A stretch of 64,000 nucleotides of DNA from Candidatus Bathyarchaeia archaeon (GCA_035644815.1 DASQNU010000240.1:11422-75421), one strand, 5' to 3'. Shown: positions 1 through 11,158, numbered from the stretch's first letter. A program made the numbers and translations. Notes: generated by a model from the sequence alone, not told the origin.

Positions 1-461
1 TAGCTTCTAAGAACAGCACTAACGGTTAATATAACTGATGAAATAAAAGAAAATCCGCCTACGATTGTGATGTAGAGCTTGGCTTCACTAAACAATTCAT
101 CGGGTAACCCCATTACTTGAAGAATGTAGTCTCCCCACAAAAAAACACTCCCGCTCAATAACACCCCAAAAAATAGATTTGTAACTATGGAAATGACTGC
201 TACTTCAACTGCTTTTTGTGCTTCCTTTGCGCCAATGTGATTCGCAACTAACACAGAAGTACCTGTTGCGATCACACCGAAAAACAGGAGGATGATATAG
301 ATGATTCTATTGGCTACTCCAACCGAAGCGACGGAATTATCAGAATACTGACTAAGCATTAACGTATCAGCATTGCCCATTAACATATGTAGAAATAATT
401 CGATAAAAATCGGCCATGTTAATGCAAATAAGCTCAAGTTTCCTACATGTTTCCCCGTCAT
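1..461 (-). CDS. MATE family efflux transporter, N-terminal part (runs off window start)
   Basis: Manual translation from ATG at 461: MTGKHVGNLSLFALTWPIFIELFLHMLMGNADTLMLSQYSDNSVASVGVANRI, a typical MATE TM1 region; GAGG RBS upstream. Absent from the ORF track because it is truncated. Confidence 0.85.
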   Translation of the reverse strand, partial: MTGKHVGNLSLFALTWPIFIELFLHMLMGNADTLMLSQYSDNSVASVGVANRIIYIILLFFGVIATGTSVLVANHIGAKEAQKAVEVAVISIVTNLFFGVLLSGSVFLWGDYILQVMGLPDELFSEAKLYITIVGGFSFISSVILTVSAVLRS

Positions 462-608
462 GTTGTTTCCTCACTTTACAGGTTATTTCATCCCTGCTCA
501 TCATGATATGACGGAAATAAATCTAAAAAAATAGAACGTTTTCGAACCGATTGTTCAGTATTTCTGAATAAAAAGAATAAAAATGACACTTTCCCAAGCA
601 AGAAAGTG

Positions 609-1541
609 TCACTCAAAGGATTTTTCAAGTTTTTCCTGTAGTGCTGCAAAGAGCGTTGTTACTGCTTTTCCAAGTGATTTTTCTTTTCGAAGCAATCCAA
701 TCGACAAACTCAAATCGACATCTTGTATTTCTCGATAAACAGTAGCTGCAGGTGGAGTTTGAACAATCGTTACAGGCAACAGGGCTACACCAATTCCACC
801 TTGCACAAATTGAATAATGGTGTCGCTATCGCCAATCTCGATGGCAGGCTTTACCGTTAAACCTAGTTCAGCGAAACGCTGCTCTAGAGTTGCTCGATAT
901 GAGTTCAATGGTTCAGATAAAAGAAGATTGATGTTCCCTAAATCTTGTAATGTGATGCAACTTTTTTTAGCAAGAGGATGCTGTTCAGGGAATAGTAATC
1001 CTACTTTTTCAATGAATAATGGTACCTTTCTTAGACCGGTTGTTTCATTAGGAAGAATCGGACCAATTCCAATATCCAGTTCCTCATGCAAAATACGATC
1101 ACAAATCGTGTCCGTCCTAATGAACTCAATCGATAACGTCACTTTGGGATTCTCCTTCAAAAACTGGATGAGGATCGGAGGCAAGTGTTTTTTTCCCACT
1201 GTTTCAATCACGCCAATTCGTACATGCCCCTGAATGGTTTGCGAAATATCTAAAAGCGTCTTTTCCTTTAACTCCATTGCTTGGTCTAATAAGCGGCTTG
1301 CGTGTTCCCAAAAAACTTGCCCTTCATGAGTTAACACCATTCTTCGACCACTTTTTTCAAAGAGTTTTATTTCCAAATACTCTTCAAGCTGTTGTATGTG
1401 CAGAGAAATCGTAGACTGTGCGTATCCAAGTGTTTCAGCCGCATTTAAGAAGCTTCCTTTTTTTAGAATCATTTGGATGGTAAGTAATTGTTTTATCTCT
1501 ATTGAATTTTCCTCCTTGCTATTTGGATTGAACAGGTTCAA
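609..1541 (-). CDS. LysR family transcriptional regulator (true start uncertain, possibly the ATA at 1502)
   Basis: N-terminal HTH (GSFLNAAETLGYAQSTISLHIQQLEEYL..KLFEK) plus substrate-binding domain. Confidence 0.9.
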   Translation of the reverse strand: MNLFNPNSKEENSIEIKQLLTIQMILKKGSFLNAAETLGYAQSTISLHIQQLEEYLEIKLFEKSGRRMVLTHEGQVFWEHASRLLDQAMELKEKTLLDISQTIQGHVRIGVIETVGKKHLPPILIQFLKENPKVTLSIEFIRTDTICDRILHEELDIGIGPILPNETTGLRKVPLFIEKVGLLFPEQHPLAKKSCITLQDLGNINLLLSEPLNSYRATLEQRFAELGLTVKPAIEIGDSDTIIQFVQGGIGVALLPVTIVQTPPAATVYREIQDVDLSLSIGLLRKEKSLGKAVTTLFAALQEKLEKSFE

Positions 1542-1637
1542 ATGAGGTACTACTTTTGTTAAATCTCAGCTTGCGGTGTTATTACCCCGGTTAGCCTCCT
1601 AGTGTACGCAGAGTATCATAGTCCGGTTAGCTACGCT

Positions 1638-2522
1638 TTATTTTGTTATCCACAACCTCTCCACGATTGTACCTATTTCATGAAGCCCAGGATCAGTTTT
1701 TTTATCCTTCAGATAGCCAAAATGAAGATCAATGTAGAGATCGATACCTTTCCAAATCTGCAGCATGTTTTCCTTAGCAAACCGCATAGCTACTGGTTCA
1801 GCCAGAAGTGAACAACCGATTTCTCCTTGCACCAATTTCCCTATCAAGGATTCGTCATCGACATACATGATTTTTTGAGGAAACATATCCTGCTGCGTGA
1901 AGTAATCGATAGATTGTTTATAGAAAGGGCAACCTTTCGTTGTCCAAATCCACGGCTTATCTGCAAAATACTTCAGGGACAATTCCTTCTCAGGTGGTAC
2001 ATCCCAGCTGTTAGGATAGACAACAACCATCCTGAAGGAATGGAGTTTGATTGAATGTACGGACGGCTGTGAAACATCCCCATAGTAAAAACCAGCGTTT
2101 ATTTTTGAGTTGATCAAATTCTCATTGAAATCCTCGCTTTTTATATCGATAAAATGCAATTCTACCTGAGGCAAGCATTCCGAAATACGTTCGATCAATT
2201 TTTCCAATCGAAGAAGTTGACCGTCTGTATTCAATCCGATCCGAATGGGTTCCAATAAAATTCTCTGTAATTCGCCCGCTTTTTGATAGAAATCATCTAC
2301 GGAGGCGAGTATTTTTTCTGCTTCCAGCAACAGTATCGAACCTTTTTCAGTAATAGTCATCCCTTTGGATGTACGATAAAAGAGAGGAAACCCTACTTCT
2401 TTTTCCAAGGCTTTGATGTGTGCGCTTGCAGCCGGTTGACTCGCGTTCAGATGCGCTGCTGCTTCTGTCAAGTTGCCAGTTTGGGCAATTTCTATAAAGG
2501 TCTTTAATTGATACAGCTCCAA
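1638..2522 (-). CDS. LysR family transcriptional regulator, divergent from LysE
   Basis: MELYQLKTFIEIAQTGNLTEAAAHLNASQPAASAHIKALE HTH. Confidence 0.92.
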   Translation of the reverse strand: MELYQLKTFIEIAQTGNLTEAAAHLNASQPAASAHIKALEKEVGFPLFYRTSKGMTITEKGSILLLEAEKILASVDDFYQKAGELQRILLEPIRIGLNTDGQLLRLEKLIERISECLPQVELHFIDIKSEDFNENLINSKINAGFYYGDVSQPSVHSIKLHSFRMVVVYPNSWDVPPEKELSLKYFADKPWIWTTKGCPFYKQSIDYFTQQDMFPQKIMYVDDESLIGKLVQGEIGCSLLAEPVAMRFAKENMLQIWKGIDLYIDLHFGYLKDKKTDPGLHEIGTIVERLWITK

Positions 2523-2659
2523 CTATCCGCCACCCCTTAGATATAATTGCATGAAACTATTCCGTTTTTCGAATGGATCTGATCAGATATTGAAATTGGA
2601 CGATTTAACATTGATGGTCTATAGTAACCACAGAAAGACTAATAAAGGAGTGTGGATTC

Positions 2660-3241
2660 GTGTCGATTTTCCTTGCAATGTGCCTTTTTTCATTTTCCAT
2701 GTCGATCTCTCCAGGCCCAGTAAATATAACGATTCTTTCTTCAGGGGTCAATTATGGATTTAAGCGCACATTACCTTTCGTATCCGGTTCAACAGTCGGG
2801 TTTACATTCTTGTTGACTGCTGTGGGATTAGGGATATCCAATCTCGTTGCGCAAGCCCCCATGTTCTATGAATGGCTAAAATATCTTGGAACAATCTATA
2901 TGAGTTATATCGGATACAAAATTATGGTTTCGCGCCCTGATATCGAGCTAAAAGAGGAACAACTTCCGCGTTTTCGTCAAGGTTTTCTCATGCAGTGGCT
3001 AAATCCGAAGGCATGGATAGCATGTCTTTCTGGTGTTTCTGCTTTTGGTTTGAACACTTCTTATTCAATGCTATTTATCTTTACGAGTATTTATTTTCTC
3101 ATTTGTTATCTTTCACTTATCGCTTGGGCCATTCTGGGATCCAAATTACAATTTCTTATGAAAGTGAAGAACGGCATTAAGGTTTTTAACTTGGCAATGG
3201 GCGGTTCTTTGATTATTGTAGCAATATTTCTTTTGTTTTGA
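2660..3241 (+). CDS. LysE/RhtB family translocator
   Basis: SPGP motif, GFLMQWLNPKAW motif, hydrophobic helices, AAAGGAG RBS. Confidence 0.9.
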   Translation: MSIFLAMCLFSFSMSISPGPVNITILSSGVNYGFKRTLPFVSGSTVGFTFLLTAVGLGISNLVAQAPMFYEWLKYLGTIYMSYIGYKIMVSRPDIELKEEQLPRFRQGFLMQWLNPKAWIACLSGVSAFGLNTSYSMLFIFTSIYFLICYLSLIAWAILGSKLQFLMKVKNGIKVFNLAMGGSLIIVAIFLLF

Positions 3242-3324
3242 ACTTATGAAAATCATCTAGTAACATACCTGGAGGCATCTTTTCATAAAAAAACCATATA
3301 CATTGGCTTCACTAACTAAATATG

Positions 3325-3354
3325 AAAAACCTGTACCATTCGTACAGGTACAGG
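3325..3354 (-). terminator. Intrinsic terminator ending the cob transcription unit
   Basis: CCTGTACC/GGTACAGG inverted repeat followed by a U run on the minus strand. Confidence 0.7.
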
Positions 3355-3366
3355 CATGTGTTAGGG

Positions 3367-4422
3367 TTACTCCTGTTTTGTGGAAACACCTGCTGAAGCA
3401 AATGTAGCCATTTCCCCTATCATACGGACCGCCGCTTCCAAAATAGGGAAAGCAACCGCGGCGCCGCTCCCTTCTCCTAATCGCAGCTGCAAATCAAGAA
3501 TCGGATCGGCAGACAATTCAGCCAGCACACGGGCATGCCCTACCTCCTGCGAGCGATGACCAAATAACAGATATTCACGTGCGTGAGGTTGAAGATGAAC
3601 GGCAAGCAGCGCCGCTACGGAAGAGATGAAGCCGTCTACGAGAACCGGGATGCGCTGAGCTGCTGCTCCGATCACCGCACCTGTCATCGCTCCGATTTCA
3701 AGTCCCCCTACTTTAGCCAATACATCAATCGGATCAGCAGCGTTGGGGCGACGAATCTCCAGCGCTTTTTTCACAATTTCCTTTTTATGTGAGAGTACAT
3801 CTTCCGTCACCCCGGTTCCTCTGCCAACAATCTCTTCTACATCGGCTCCGGATAGAGCTGCGAGAATCGCGCTGCTGCTTGTCGTGTTTCCGATCCCCAT
3901 CTCTCCGATGATCAGTAACCGCGCTCCTTCCGCGATAATGGCTTCCGCGCATTCGATGCCGACTGCCAGACAGCGCTCTGCCTCCGTTCGCGTCATTGCA
4001 TCCTCGCGCAGCATGTTGCCGGTGCCTGGGCGGACTTTCTTTTTCCAGATATCAGGAGCTTCCGGATTGCTGCTTACGCCTACATCCACCACTCGCAGTA
4101 TTCCGCCAATGTGGCGCGAGAAGACATTGATGGCGGCCCCTCCGCTCGCGAAATTCATGACCATCTGGGCAGTCACTTCCTGAGGAAACGCGGATACGCC
4201 TTCCGCTACCACACCATGATCGCCTGCAAAAACCAAAATACCGGGTGGAAAAATCTGCGGAATCGGCTCACCTGTCATGGCAGCCAGCTGGATAGCAAGC
4301 TCCTCCAATCTCCCTAAACTGCCCGGGGGCTTGGTAAGCTGATCAATGTGGCGGCGGGCTTTCTCAGCTGCTTCCGTATCCATGGCGGGTATCACACGTT
4401 CTACGGTGCCGTGATCACTCAT
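3367..4422 (-). CDS. cobT: Nicotinate-nucleotide--dimethylbenzimidazole phosphoribosyltransferase
   Basis: LTKPPGSLGRLE, FAGDHGV, GEMGIGNTT and LRLGEGSGA motifs. Confidence 0.95.
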   Translation of the reverse strand: MSDHGTVERVIPAMDTEAAEKARRHIDQLTKPPGSLGRLEELAIQLAAMTGEPIPQIFPPGILVFAGDHGVVAEGVSAFPQEVTAQMVMNFASGGAAINVFSRHIGGILRVVDVGVSSNPEAPDIWKKKVRPGTGNMLREDAMTRTEAERCLAVGIECAEAIIAEGARLLIIGEMGIGNTTSSSAILAALSGADVEEIVGRGTGVTEDVLSHKKEIVKKALEIRRPNAADPIDVLAKVGGLEIGAMTGAVIGAAAQRIPVLVDGFISSVAALLAVHLQPHAREYLLFGHRSQEVGHARVLAELSADPILDLQLRLGEGSGAAVAFPILEAAVRMIGEMATFASAGVSTKQE

Positions 4423-4425
4423 CGT

Positions 4426-5949
4426 TTACGCTCCTTCCATTGTATGCTGACGTTGAAAAGCTTCCATTTGCTCTTCGATGACATCCAGCTTCACATGTGT
4501 ACGGACCTGTTCTGCCAGCATATCGAAACCTTGCTCACGCATGCGGATAAAGGAAGGACGATCCGTTAGCGGCGGCAGACCTTTGGCGTCACGTAGCGCA
4601 TTTAGCAGGTGCGTGCGGAAATCATCATTATGGAAGATCCCGTGAAAATACGTGCCGAGCAAGCGGCCATTCTTCGCATACACCCCTTCTGTGCGATCAG
4701 ACAATGTGATGAACGGCGCGACAGATGCTGTGGCGACAGACTCGCCCATATGGATTTCATAGCCCTCCACATCAAACTGGTTGTCCGCATAATGAGCTTG
4801 GCCACGGGAGAGCACCGTCGTCTTGTTTCGCTGCAGGGTCGTACGAACTGGCAAGAGCCCCATACCAGCGATCTCGCGTTGCGGCGATTCCACGCCATGC
4901 GGGTCAGCAATGCTCTCGCCAAGCATCTGGTAGCCGCCGCAAATGCCAATTACGGGTATTTGCTTGTTGCGGTGAAGATGAAGAATCTCACCCTCCAGCC
5001 CAGTCTGACGCAGGAAAAGCAAGTCCTCGATCGTATTCTTGCTGCCGGGGAGAATGATCAGATCAGGAGTACCGAGCTCGTCCTGGCGATTGACAAAACG
5101 AACGCGGCAGTCCTGCTCGACGAGAAAGGGATCGGCATCCGTAAAGTTCGAGATGTAGGGGTAGCGGATGACGACGATGTCTAGTACTGCCTCATCCGGG
5201 ATACGCCCCTTGTATTTGTGCAAGATCAGAGAGTCCTCTGCGTCGATCATGAGCTCCGGCAGAAACGGGATCACACCAAGCACTGGCTTGCCTGTATATT
5301 GCTCGAACCAGTCCAAGCCTGGTTGTAACAATCCAAGATCGCCGCGAAAACGGTTGATGATCACCCCGATGACCCGCTCTCGATCCTCTGGCTCCAAGAG
5401 CTGCAGGGTGCCGACCAGACTGGCAAAGACCCCGCCTCGTTCGATATCCGCCACCAGAATGACAGGAGCGTTCGCCATGCGTGCGACCCTCATGTTGACC
5501 AGTTCCCGATCATTCAGATTGATTTCGGCGGGGCTGCCTGCTCCTTCGATCACAATGCGTTCGTATGCACTGGCTAGTCGCTCGTATGCATCTTGTATCA
5601 CCTGCAAGCCAATGGGAAAGAAGTCAGAACGGTAGGCCGTGGCCTTCATGTTGCTGTAGGGCTCTCCGTGGACTACGATCTGTGACTCCTGTTCACGCGT
5701 CGGCTTAATCAGGATCGGATTCATGTCGGTCGTCGCCGGGATGCGAGCAGCTTCCGCTTGTACGCCCTGCGCACGGCCAATTTCCTTTCCGTCGATGGTC
5801 ACATACGAGTTGAGGGCCATGTTTTGCGACTTGAAAGGGGCCGTCTTGTAGCCCATTTCGGAAAAGATGCGGCAGAAGGCGGTGGCCAGCACACTTTTGC
5901 CCGCGTCCGAGCCCGTTCCTTGTATCATGAGCGGTAACGCCCTACGCAT
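4426..5949 (-). CDS. cobQ: Cobyric acid synthase
   Basis: GTGSDAGKS P-loop, FKSQNMALNS, glutaminase GICGGYQMLG; start moved to the ATG after AAGGAGG. Confidence 0.95.
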   Translation of the reverse strand: MRRALPLMIQGTGSDAGKSVLATAFCRIFSEMGYKTAPFKSQNMALNSYVTIDGKEIGRAQGVQAEAARIPATTDMNPILIKPTREQESQIVVHGEPYSNMKATAYRSDFFPIGLQVIQDAYERLASAYERIVIEGAGSPAEINLNDRELVNMRVARMANAPVILVADIERGGVFASLVGTLQLLEPEDRERVIGVIINRFRGDLGLLQPGLDWFEQYTGKPVLGVIPFLPELMIDAEDSLILHKYKGRIPDEAVLDIVVIRYPYISNFTDADPFLVEQDCRVRFVNRQDELGTPDLIILPGSKNTIEDLLFLRQTGLEGEILHLHRNKQIPVIGICGGYQMLGESIADPHGVESPQREIAGMGLLPVRTTLQRNKTTVLSRGQAHYADNQFDVEGYEIHMGESVATASVAPFITLSDRTEGVYAKNGRLLGTYFHGIFHNDDFRTHLLNALRDAKGLPPLTDRPSFIRMREQGFDMLAEQVRTHVKLDVIEEQMEAFQRQHTMEGA

Positions 5950-7315
5950 GGGATTTGACCTCCTTACAGCGGGCGAGCCAGCGGCGAACGATACCCGGAT
6001 TGGAGGCAAAATGCAGATGGGTATAGCCTGCGACGAGATTGCCTGCGAGATAGCCTTCCGCTTTTAGCCCCCGCAAGCTTTTCGTTTCATAGGCGGGGGT
6101 GAGCTCTTCTCTCGCTTGAAAAGTGGAGTAGTGAAACTCGTGTCCACGGGCCTCTTCTCCCGTATCTAGTAGAAAGCTGCCCTCGTAGCCTCTCACTTCC
6201 CGATAGCCGAGCGCAGCGAGCTTTTTCTGCATGGTGACCGTACCGGGGATGAGCCCGACCATCGGAAACGATTGGCCGTCAGTCGTAACCAATTGCTCAG
6301 TCAGATACATGAAGCCGCCGCATTCGGCCAGCGTAGGAAGACCTGAGCGAATCGCGTGCAGAATAGATGCTTTCACTTGCTCATCTGCTGCCAACTGTGC
6401 TGCGAATTCCTCGGGAAAGCCTCCGCCGATGTAGAGTCCGTCAGCATCAGTCGGGACCGTTTCACCTGCCAGCGGGGAGAAAAAGAGACACTCAGCTCCG
6501 TTCGCTTCGAGCAACTCGATATTTTCGGGGTAGTAGAAATGGAAGGCAGCATCCTTAGCAATGGCAATGCGCATACGCGGATTTCCCTGCTGTGGAGCAA
6601 ACAATTTTTCGTCAACATGAAGCGGATCCGCTTGCGCAAGCTGCAGCAACTGTTCCAAATCCACGTTTTTCGCAATCGCTTCCGCCAGGCGATCAAATAA
6701 AGGTTGCAGTTCACCACGCTCTACGGATGGAACGAGACCCAGATGACGTTCCGGAATCTCGATCCCCTCCTCTCGCTCAAGAAAACCGAGGACTGGAATA
6801 CCGCACTCCTGCTCGACCGCTTCCTTGACGATCCGATAGTGTCCGACGCTCCCCACTTTGTTAGCGAACACTCCTACGATGCGTACAGCAGGGTTGAACA
6901 GTTGAAAACCTTTTACAATCGCGGCTGCGCTGCGGGCCATACTCTGGCAGTTCACTACCAGCAGTACAGGAGACCCGGTGAGGATGCTAATCTCCGCGGT
7001 GCTGCCTTTGTCGTTGGTCGCTTCTTTGCCGTCATAAAAGCCCATGACGCCCTCGATGATGGAGATATCGGCTCCTTGACTGCCCCGTTGATAGATTTCC
7101 TTGACCGTCTCATGGGTTAGCATCCAGCTATCTAGATTACGTGATGCTCTGCCCGTTACCGCAGTATGGTAGGTAGGATCGATATAGTCCGGGCCGCATT
7201 TGAAGCCCTGCACGATAAGACCTCGCTGCTTCAATGCGGCCATCAAGCCGATGGTGACGGTTGTTTTACCAGCACCGCTGCCAGTGCCAGCCACGACGAT
7301 TCTGCGATGGGTCAT
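5942..7315 (-). CDS. cbiA: Cobyrinate a,c-diamide synthase
   Basis: GTGSGAGKTT, FKCGPDYIDP, AECGGFMYL, YTHLHF. Confidence 0.95.
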   Translation of the reverse strand: MTHRRIVVAGTGSGAGKTTVTIGLMAALKQRGLIVQGFKCGPDYIDPTYHTAVTGRASRNLDSWMLTHETVKEIYQRGSQGADISIIEGVMGFYDGKEATNDKGSTAEISILTGSPVLLVVNCQSMARSAAAIVKGFQLFNPAVRIVGVFANKVGSVGHYRIVKEAVEQECGIPVLGFLEREEGIEIPERHLGLVPSVERGELQPLFDRLAEAIAKNVDLEQLLQLAQADPLHVDEKLFAPQQGNPRMRIAIAKDAAFHFYYPENIELLEANGAECLFFSPLAGETVPTDADGLYIGGGFPEEFAAQLAADEQVKASILHAIRSGLPTLAECGGFMYLTEQLVTTDGQSFPMVGLIPGTVTMQKKLAALGYREVRGYEGSFLLDTGEEARGHEFHYSTFQAREELTPAYETKSLRGLKAEGYLAGNLVAGYTHLHFASNPGIVRRWLARCKEVKSHA

Positions 7316-7333
7316 GCCGTCCCCTCCCCTCTC

Positions 7334-8461
7334 TTATGGATGTGTCAAGATGCCGACCGATAGGGTCACATTACCTGCCTTCTTTTTGGTGACAACCAGC
7401 CTGTCAGCTCCTGTGTATAGCTTTACGGCCGGTTCGCTTACTCCGTATGCTCCAGTGAATTTGTATACGGTGTCGGATGGCTCCTCTATATGTACTTGAT
7501 TCAATTCTTCCGGTGTGTAATGAACGAATTCCCAACCATACTTCGCGCAGAGGGAAAGCAGTCCTTCCTCGTCCTTTTTCAATTCAATTGTACAAACAGC
7601 CTTGACGCTGCGCATCGAAAAGCGGCATTCGTCCAGTGTCTCCCGAATCACCGCTTCGATTTCTTCTACGGGCGTGCCACGGTTGCAACCGATACCAAGT
7701 GCGATGACCCTGGGGCGGTACAGCACTCCGTTTTGCAATATCGCTTCCTCTTCCGGAGAGAGAAGACGATGTGTCACAACCAGCGCCGCCTGTGGCTTGT
7801 CTTGGAGGGCTGCGGGAATGTTATCGAACAGACGGATGTTAGGGGGCATGGGAGTATCGTGCATCCACCAGTCCCGCTCACCGGACTCCTGCACTACTGC
7901 CACCCGTTCTTCGTTGACCACCGATGCGCTTACGGGGGTCAGCTTCTCTCCAGACTCCCACTGCCAGCCGAAGCGACGGCCAAATAGGTCGACGGGGATG
8001 GTCTTTTGTACATCGGATGCCGTGGTGATGATCGGATATGCCCCGATCATGGCAGCCACTTCCCGTGTCAGTTCATTCGCCCCGCCAAAATGTCCGGAGA
8101 GAACACTAATGACATGCTCTCCCTTGTCATCGATGACCACAACGCCTGGGTCCGTTTTTTTATCCTGCAAAAACGGTGCAATCATTCGTACCACGGCACC
8201 GAGCGAAATGATCAGGATGATGCCTTTGTACGCTGGCCACAGTGCAGGCAGCAGCAGCCGGACACTGCCGGAAAATAGTTGGATGCCGCGCTCATCCTCG
8301 TCTCCCGCGGCGAATTTAGACATGTAATACAGATCTGCCTGGGGGAATTGACGCTGCATGCGTCTCGCTAATTCCACCCCGTGCTTGGTGATAGCGACCA
8401 AGCAGTAGTTCCCGTGCAGCTGGATCGACGGGATCACGCCTTCCTGCAATGCGATGGTCAT
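7334..8461 (-). CDS. cbiG: Cobalt-precorrin-5A hydrolase
   Basis: DPGVVVID..G..VISVLSGHFGGANEL, IITTASD, GIGCNRG, GVSEPA. Confidence 0.93.
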   Translation of the reverse strand: MTIALQEGVIPSIQLHGNYCLVAITKHGVELARRMQRQFPQADLYYMSKFAAGDEDERGIQLFSGSVRLLLPALWPAYKGIILIISLGAVVRMIAPFLQDKKTDPGVVVIDDKGEHVISVLSGHFGGANELTREVAAMIGAYPIITTASDVQKTIPVDLFGRRFGWQWESGEKLTPVSASVVNEERVAVVQESGERDWWMHDTPMPPNIRLFDNIPAALQDKPQAALVVTHRLLSPEEEAILQNGVLYRPRVIALGIGCNRGTPVEEIEAVIRETLDECRFSMRSVKAVCTIELKKDEEGLLSLCAKYGWEFVHYTPEELNQVHIEEPSDTVYKFTGAYGVSEPAVKLYTGADRLVVTKKKAGNVTLSVGILTHP

Positions 8462-9240
8462 GATGGCGTCACACCTTTTCGATAGCCATGGGTGAAGGTC
8501 TTGTCGTACAGCTTGGAGCGGTACTCACCCTTCTCATGTATATGTGGATCAAGCGCCCAGCCTGCCAGAATCATGGCATGAGAACGGATGCCCAGCTTGC
8601 CCATCTCCTGGTCCAAATGCTCCAGTGTCGTACGTATGATCTGCTGATCTGGCCAGCTTGCCCGCTGCACGACGGCTACTGGCGTGTCTAAGCTCCAACC
8701 GGCTTCGGTAAGCTCACGAACCACCTTTTTGGTCAGCGTCGCACTCAAGAAGAGCGCTAGCGTGCAGTGGTGGGAAGCCAGATCCCGCAGCTTTTCGCGC
8801 TCCGGTACAGGCGTTCTGCCTTCTGCTCGGGTCAAGATCAGGGTTTGGGTCAAGTCTGGGATGGTCAACTCCGCCCCGACCGCTGCCGCTGCTGCAAATA
8901 CAGAGCTCACCCCCGGAATGATCTCGGTATCAATACCTGCTTCTTTGAGCATAACCATTTGCTCCATAATGGCTCCGTATACGGACGGATCACCTGTATG
9001 CAGGCGAACCACTTTTTTCCCTTCAATGATGCGTTCGATCAGAAGGCCAACCATTTCTTCCAAGGCCATCCCGGAGCTCTGCAGGACTTCGGCGTCCGGT
9101 TTGGCACGGGCGACCAGCTCCTCATTTACCAGGGAATCGGTATACAGAATCACGTCCGCCTCCTGCAACAGCTTCAAGCCCTTCACTGTAATCAAGTCAG
9201 GATCACCCGGACCTGCACCGACGATATACAGCTTCTTCAT
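8458..9240 (-). CDS. cbiF: Cobalt-precorrin-4 C11-methyltransferase
   Basis: VGAGPGDPDLIT, RLHTGDPSVYGA, PGVSS; start moved to MKKLYIV. Confidence 0.93.
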   Translation of the reverse strand: MKKLYIVGAGPGDPDLITVKGLKLLQEADVILYTDSLVNEELVARAKPDAEVLQSSGMALEEMVGLLIERIIEGKKVVRLHTGDPSVYGAIMEQMVMLKEAGIDTEIIPGVSSVFAAAAAVGAELTIPDLTQTLILTRAEGRTPVPEREKLRDLASHHCTLALFLSATLTKKVVRELTEAGWSLDTPVAVVQRASWPDQQIIRTTLEHLDQEMGKLGIRSHAMILAGWALDPHIHEKGEYRSKLYDKTFTHGYRKGVTPS

Positions 9241-9947
9241 TTTCTCACCACCATCAGTGTAAGATAGCCAAGCTCGGCCCCTGCTAGCTGACGCACGTCT
9301 GTCCAAACCACTTCCTCTGAGGAAGTCACTTTGGTCGCGACGGATGCCTTGTGGTGCAAATCAAGCTCTTCCAGAAGCTCCAGCACCATGTCCAGCACTT
9401 TCGCCACCTTGAGAAAAATCACGCAATCATGCTGAATCAGTGCATTACGCATCGCTTCTTTGTCTTCAGTCGCCGGAATGATGCCGATCTGCTCGTCGCC
9501 GTCCGCAAGCGGCAGCCCCAACCTCGACGCTGCCCCGAGGAAGGAGGACACACCGGGAACTGACTTGATTGGCACCTCAGGATGGGTCTCCTGCATGATC
9601 CGCATCATGTGGATGAAGGTGCTGTAGAAGAGCGGATCACCCTCCGTGACAAACGCGACGTCTTTGCCCTGTCGCAGCTGCTCCCATACCTGTGCTGTAG
9701 CACGTGCCCACTCCATCTCCAGCACTTCCTGATCCTTGGTCATGGGAAAGACAAGACCGAGCATCTCTTTTTCTGTCGGATTGACATACAGCTCGGCGAT
9801 CTGATGGGCGTAGCTTTTGCTTCCCATCCGTTTTTTCGGGTAGGCAATAACAGGGGATTCCTTCAATAGACGAAAAGCCTTGACCGTGATCAGCTCTGGA
9901 TCGCCCGGTCCCACTCCGATGCCGTATAAAGTGCCGATGTTGCTCAC
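9237..9947 (-). CDS. cbiL: Cobalt-precorrin-2 C20-methyltransferase
   Basis: [29 protein letters not shown]. Confidence 0.93.
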   Translation of the reverse strand: MSNIGTLYGIGVGPGDPELITVKAFRLLKESPVIAYPKKRMGSKSYAHQIAELYVNPTEKEMLGLVFPMTKDQEVLEMEWARATAQVWEQLRQGKDVAFVTEGDPLFYSTFIHMMRIMQETHPEVPIKSVPGVSSFLGAASRLGLPLADGDEQIGIIPATEDKEAMRNALIQHDCVIFLKVAKVLDMVLELLEELDLHHKASVATKVTSSEEVVWTDVRQLAGAELGYLTLMVVRK

Positions 9948-11158
9948 TTTGTGTCCTCCTTCTTGTGAAAAGCCGTTATGATGTAAGTCGGGTTTAACCC
10001 TTCAAATCGCGTCATATGTAAAATGGGCTTGCTTCGGGCCAGATGGGCCAGTGTCACTTCTGTGTGCATGCCCAAAGCCGCAAATGCCTGCATGGCATCA
10101 TGCAAGGTCTCAATGGTCGCCGCGTTAACCACCACTCTGCCGTCCGGCTTCAGGCGCTCACAGCAGATCTGCAGCAGTTCCTGAAGCTCGCCACCGCTGC
10201 CACCGATAAAGACCGCGTCCGGATCGGGGAACTGCTCCAAGCCATCCGGTGCCTTACCATGGATGAGATGGAGATCGGTGCGGAACTTTACCGCGTTTTT
10301 CCTACAGTTTTCCAGATCGTCTGCATTCTTCTCAATGGCATATACCGCGCCTTCTCGGGCAATCCGGGCTGCCTCGATAGCAACGGAGCCGGTGCAGGTA
10401 CCGATATCCCAGACGATGCTTTTGGCATGCAGTCGCAACTGCGCGAGACTAAGCAGACGCACTTCTTTTTTGGTGATCAAGCCTTTATCCGGCTTGCGCT
10501 GGGCAAAGGCCTCATCCTCGATGCCAAGCGGCCAAGCTGGTCCTGGCTCCTCCCTGCGCAGGATTACAACATTGAGCTCGGAAAACGTCTCATCCGCCAT
10601 CACGTCCAGCGCATACCAGCCTGTCCTCTCCTCGGCGCTTCCAAGATTCTCACCGACGAAAGCGCGGTACTCCGACATCCCGAATGACAACAGATACCGG
10701 GCGATGGCAGCGGGAGTATTTTCGCTATCCGTCAACAGGGCGATTTTCTCCTTGCCGTCGATGCGTTGGGCCAAGCCCTTCATGCTGCGTCCGTGGACGC
10801 TTGTCACGTATGCATCATGCCAGGACTCGCCCATTTTGGAAAACGCCAGCTGGATGGAGCTCAAATTCGGATAGATCTCCACAACCAGCTTCTTTTTCAA
10901 TACACTGCCAATTCCGTAAAACAACGGGTCACCCGATGCAAGAATGACTGTGGCTCGCGTTTCGCCCTGTAGCCGCTCAAGCAGCGGCGTCAGGCCACCT
11001 TTTATGACGATCTTCTCCCCGGAATATTCGGGAAAAAAGGCCAAGTGACGCTCCCCGCCAACCAATACCTCGCTTTCTTTGATCCATTGAATGTACTGTG
11101 GAAGGAGGCTATTCTGTCCGTCATCCCCGATTCCGATCACTTTCATTGTTCTCGTCAC
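9944..11158 (-). CDS. cbiET: Fused precorrin-6Y C5,15-methyltransferase (decarboxylating) CbiE/CbiT
   Basis: [12 protein letters not shown] (CbiE) followed by [17 protein letters not shown] (CbiT SAM motif). Confidence 0.92.
   Translation of the reverse strand: MTRTMKVIGIGDDGQNSLLPQYIQWIKESEVLVGGERHLAFFPEYSGEKIVIKGGLTPLLERLQGETRATVILASGDPLFYGIGSVLKKKLVVEIYPNLSSIQLAFSKMGESWHDAYVTSVHGRSMKGLAQRIDGKEKIALLTDSENTPAAIARYLLSFGMSEYRAFVGENLGSAEERTGWYALDVMADETFSELNVVILRREEPGPAWPLGIEDEAFAQRKPDKGLITKKEVRLLSLAQLRLHAKSIVWDIGTCTGSVAIEAARIAREGAVYAIEKNADDLENCRKNAVKFRTDLHLIHGKAPDGLEQFPDPDAVFIGGSGGELQELLQICCERLKPDGRVVVNAATIETLHDAMQAFAALGMHTEVTLAHLARSKPILHMTRFEGLNPTYIITAFHKKEDTK

Noticed and set aside
5949-6009. 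N-terminal extensions in the ORF track for cobQ, cbiF, cbiB, cobU, metN, metQ, the RNA ligase and the aminopeptidase
   Set aside because: Downstream ATGs with strong RBS and family-typical N-termini fit better; the extensions overlap upstream genes.
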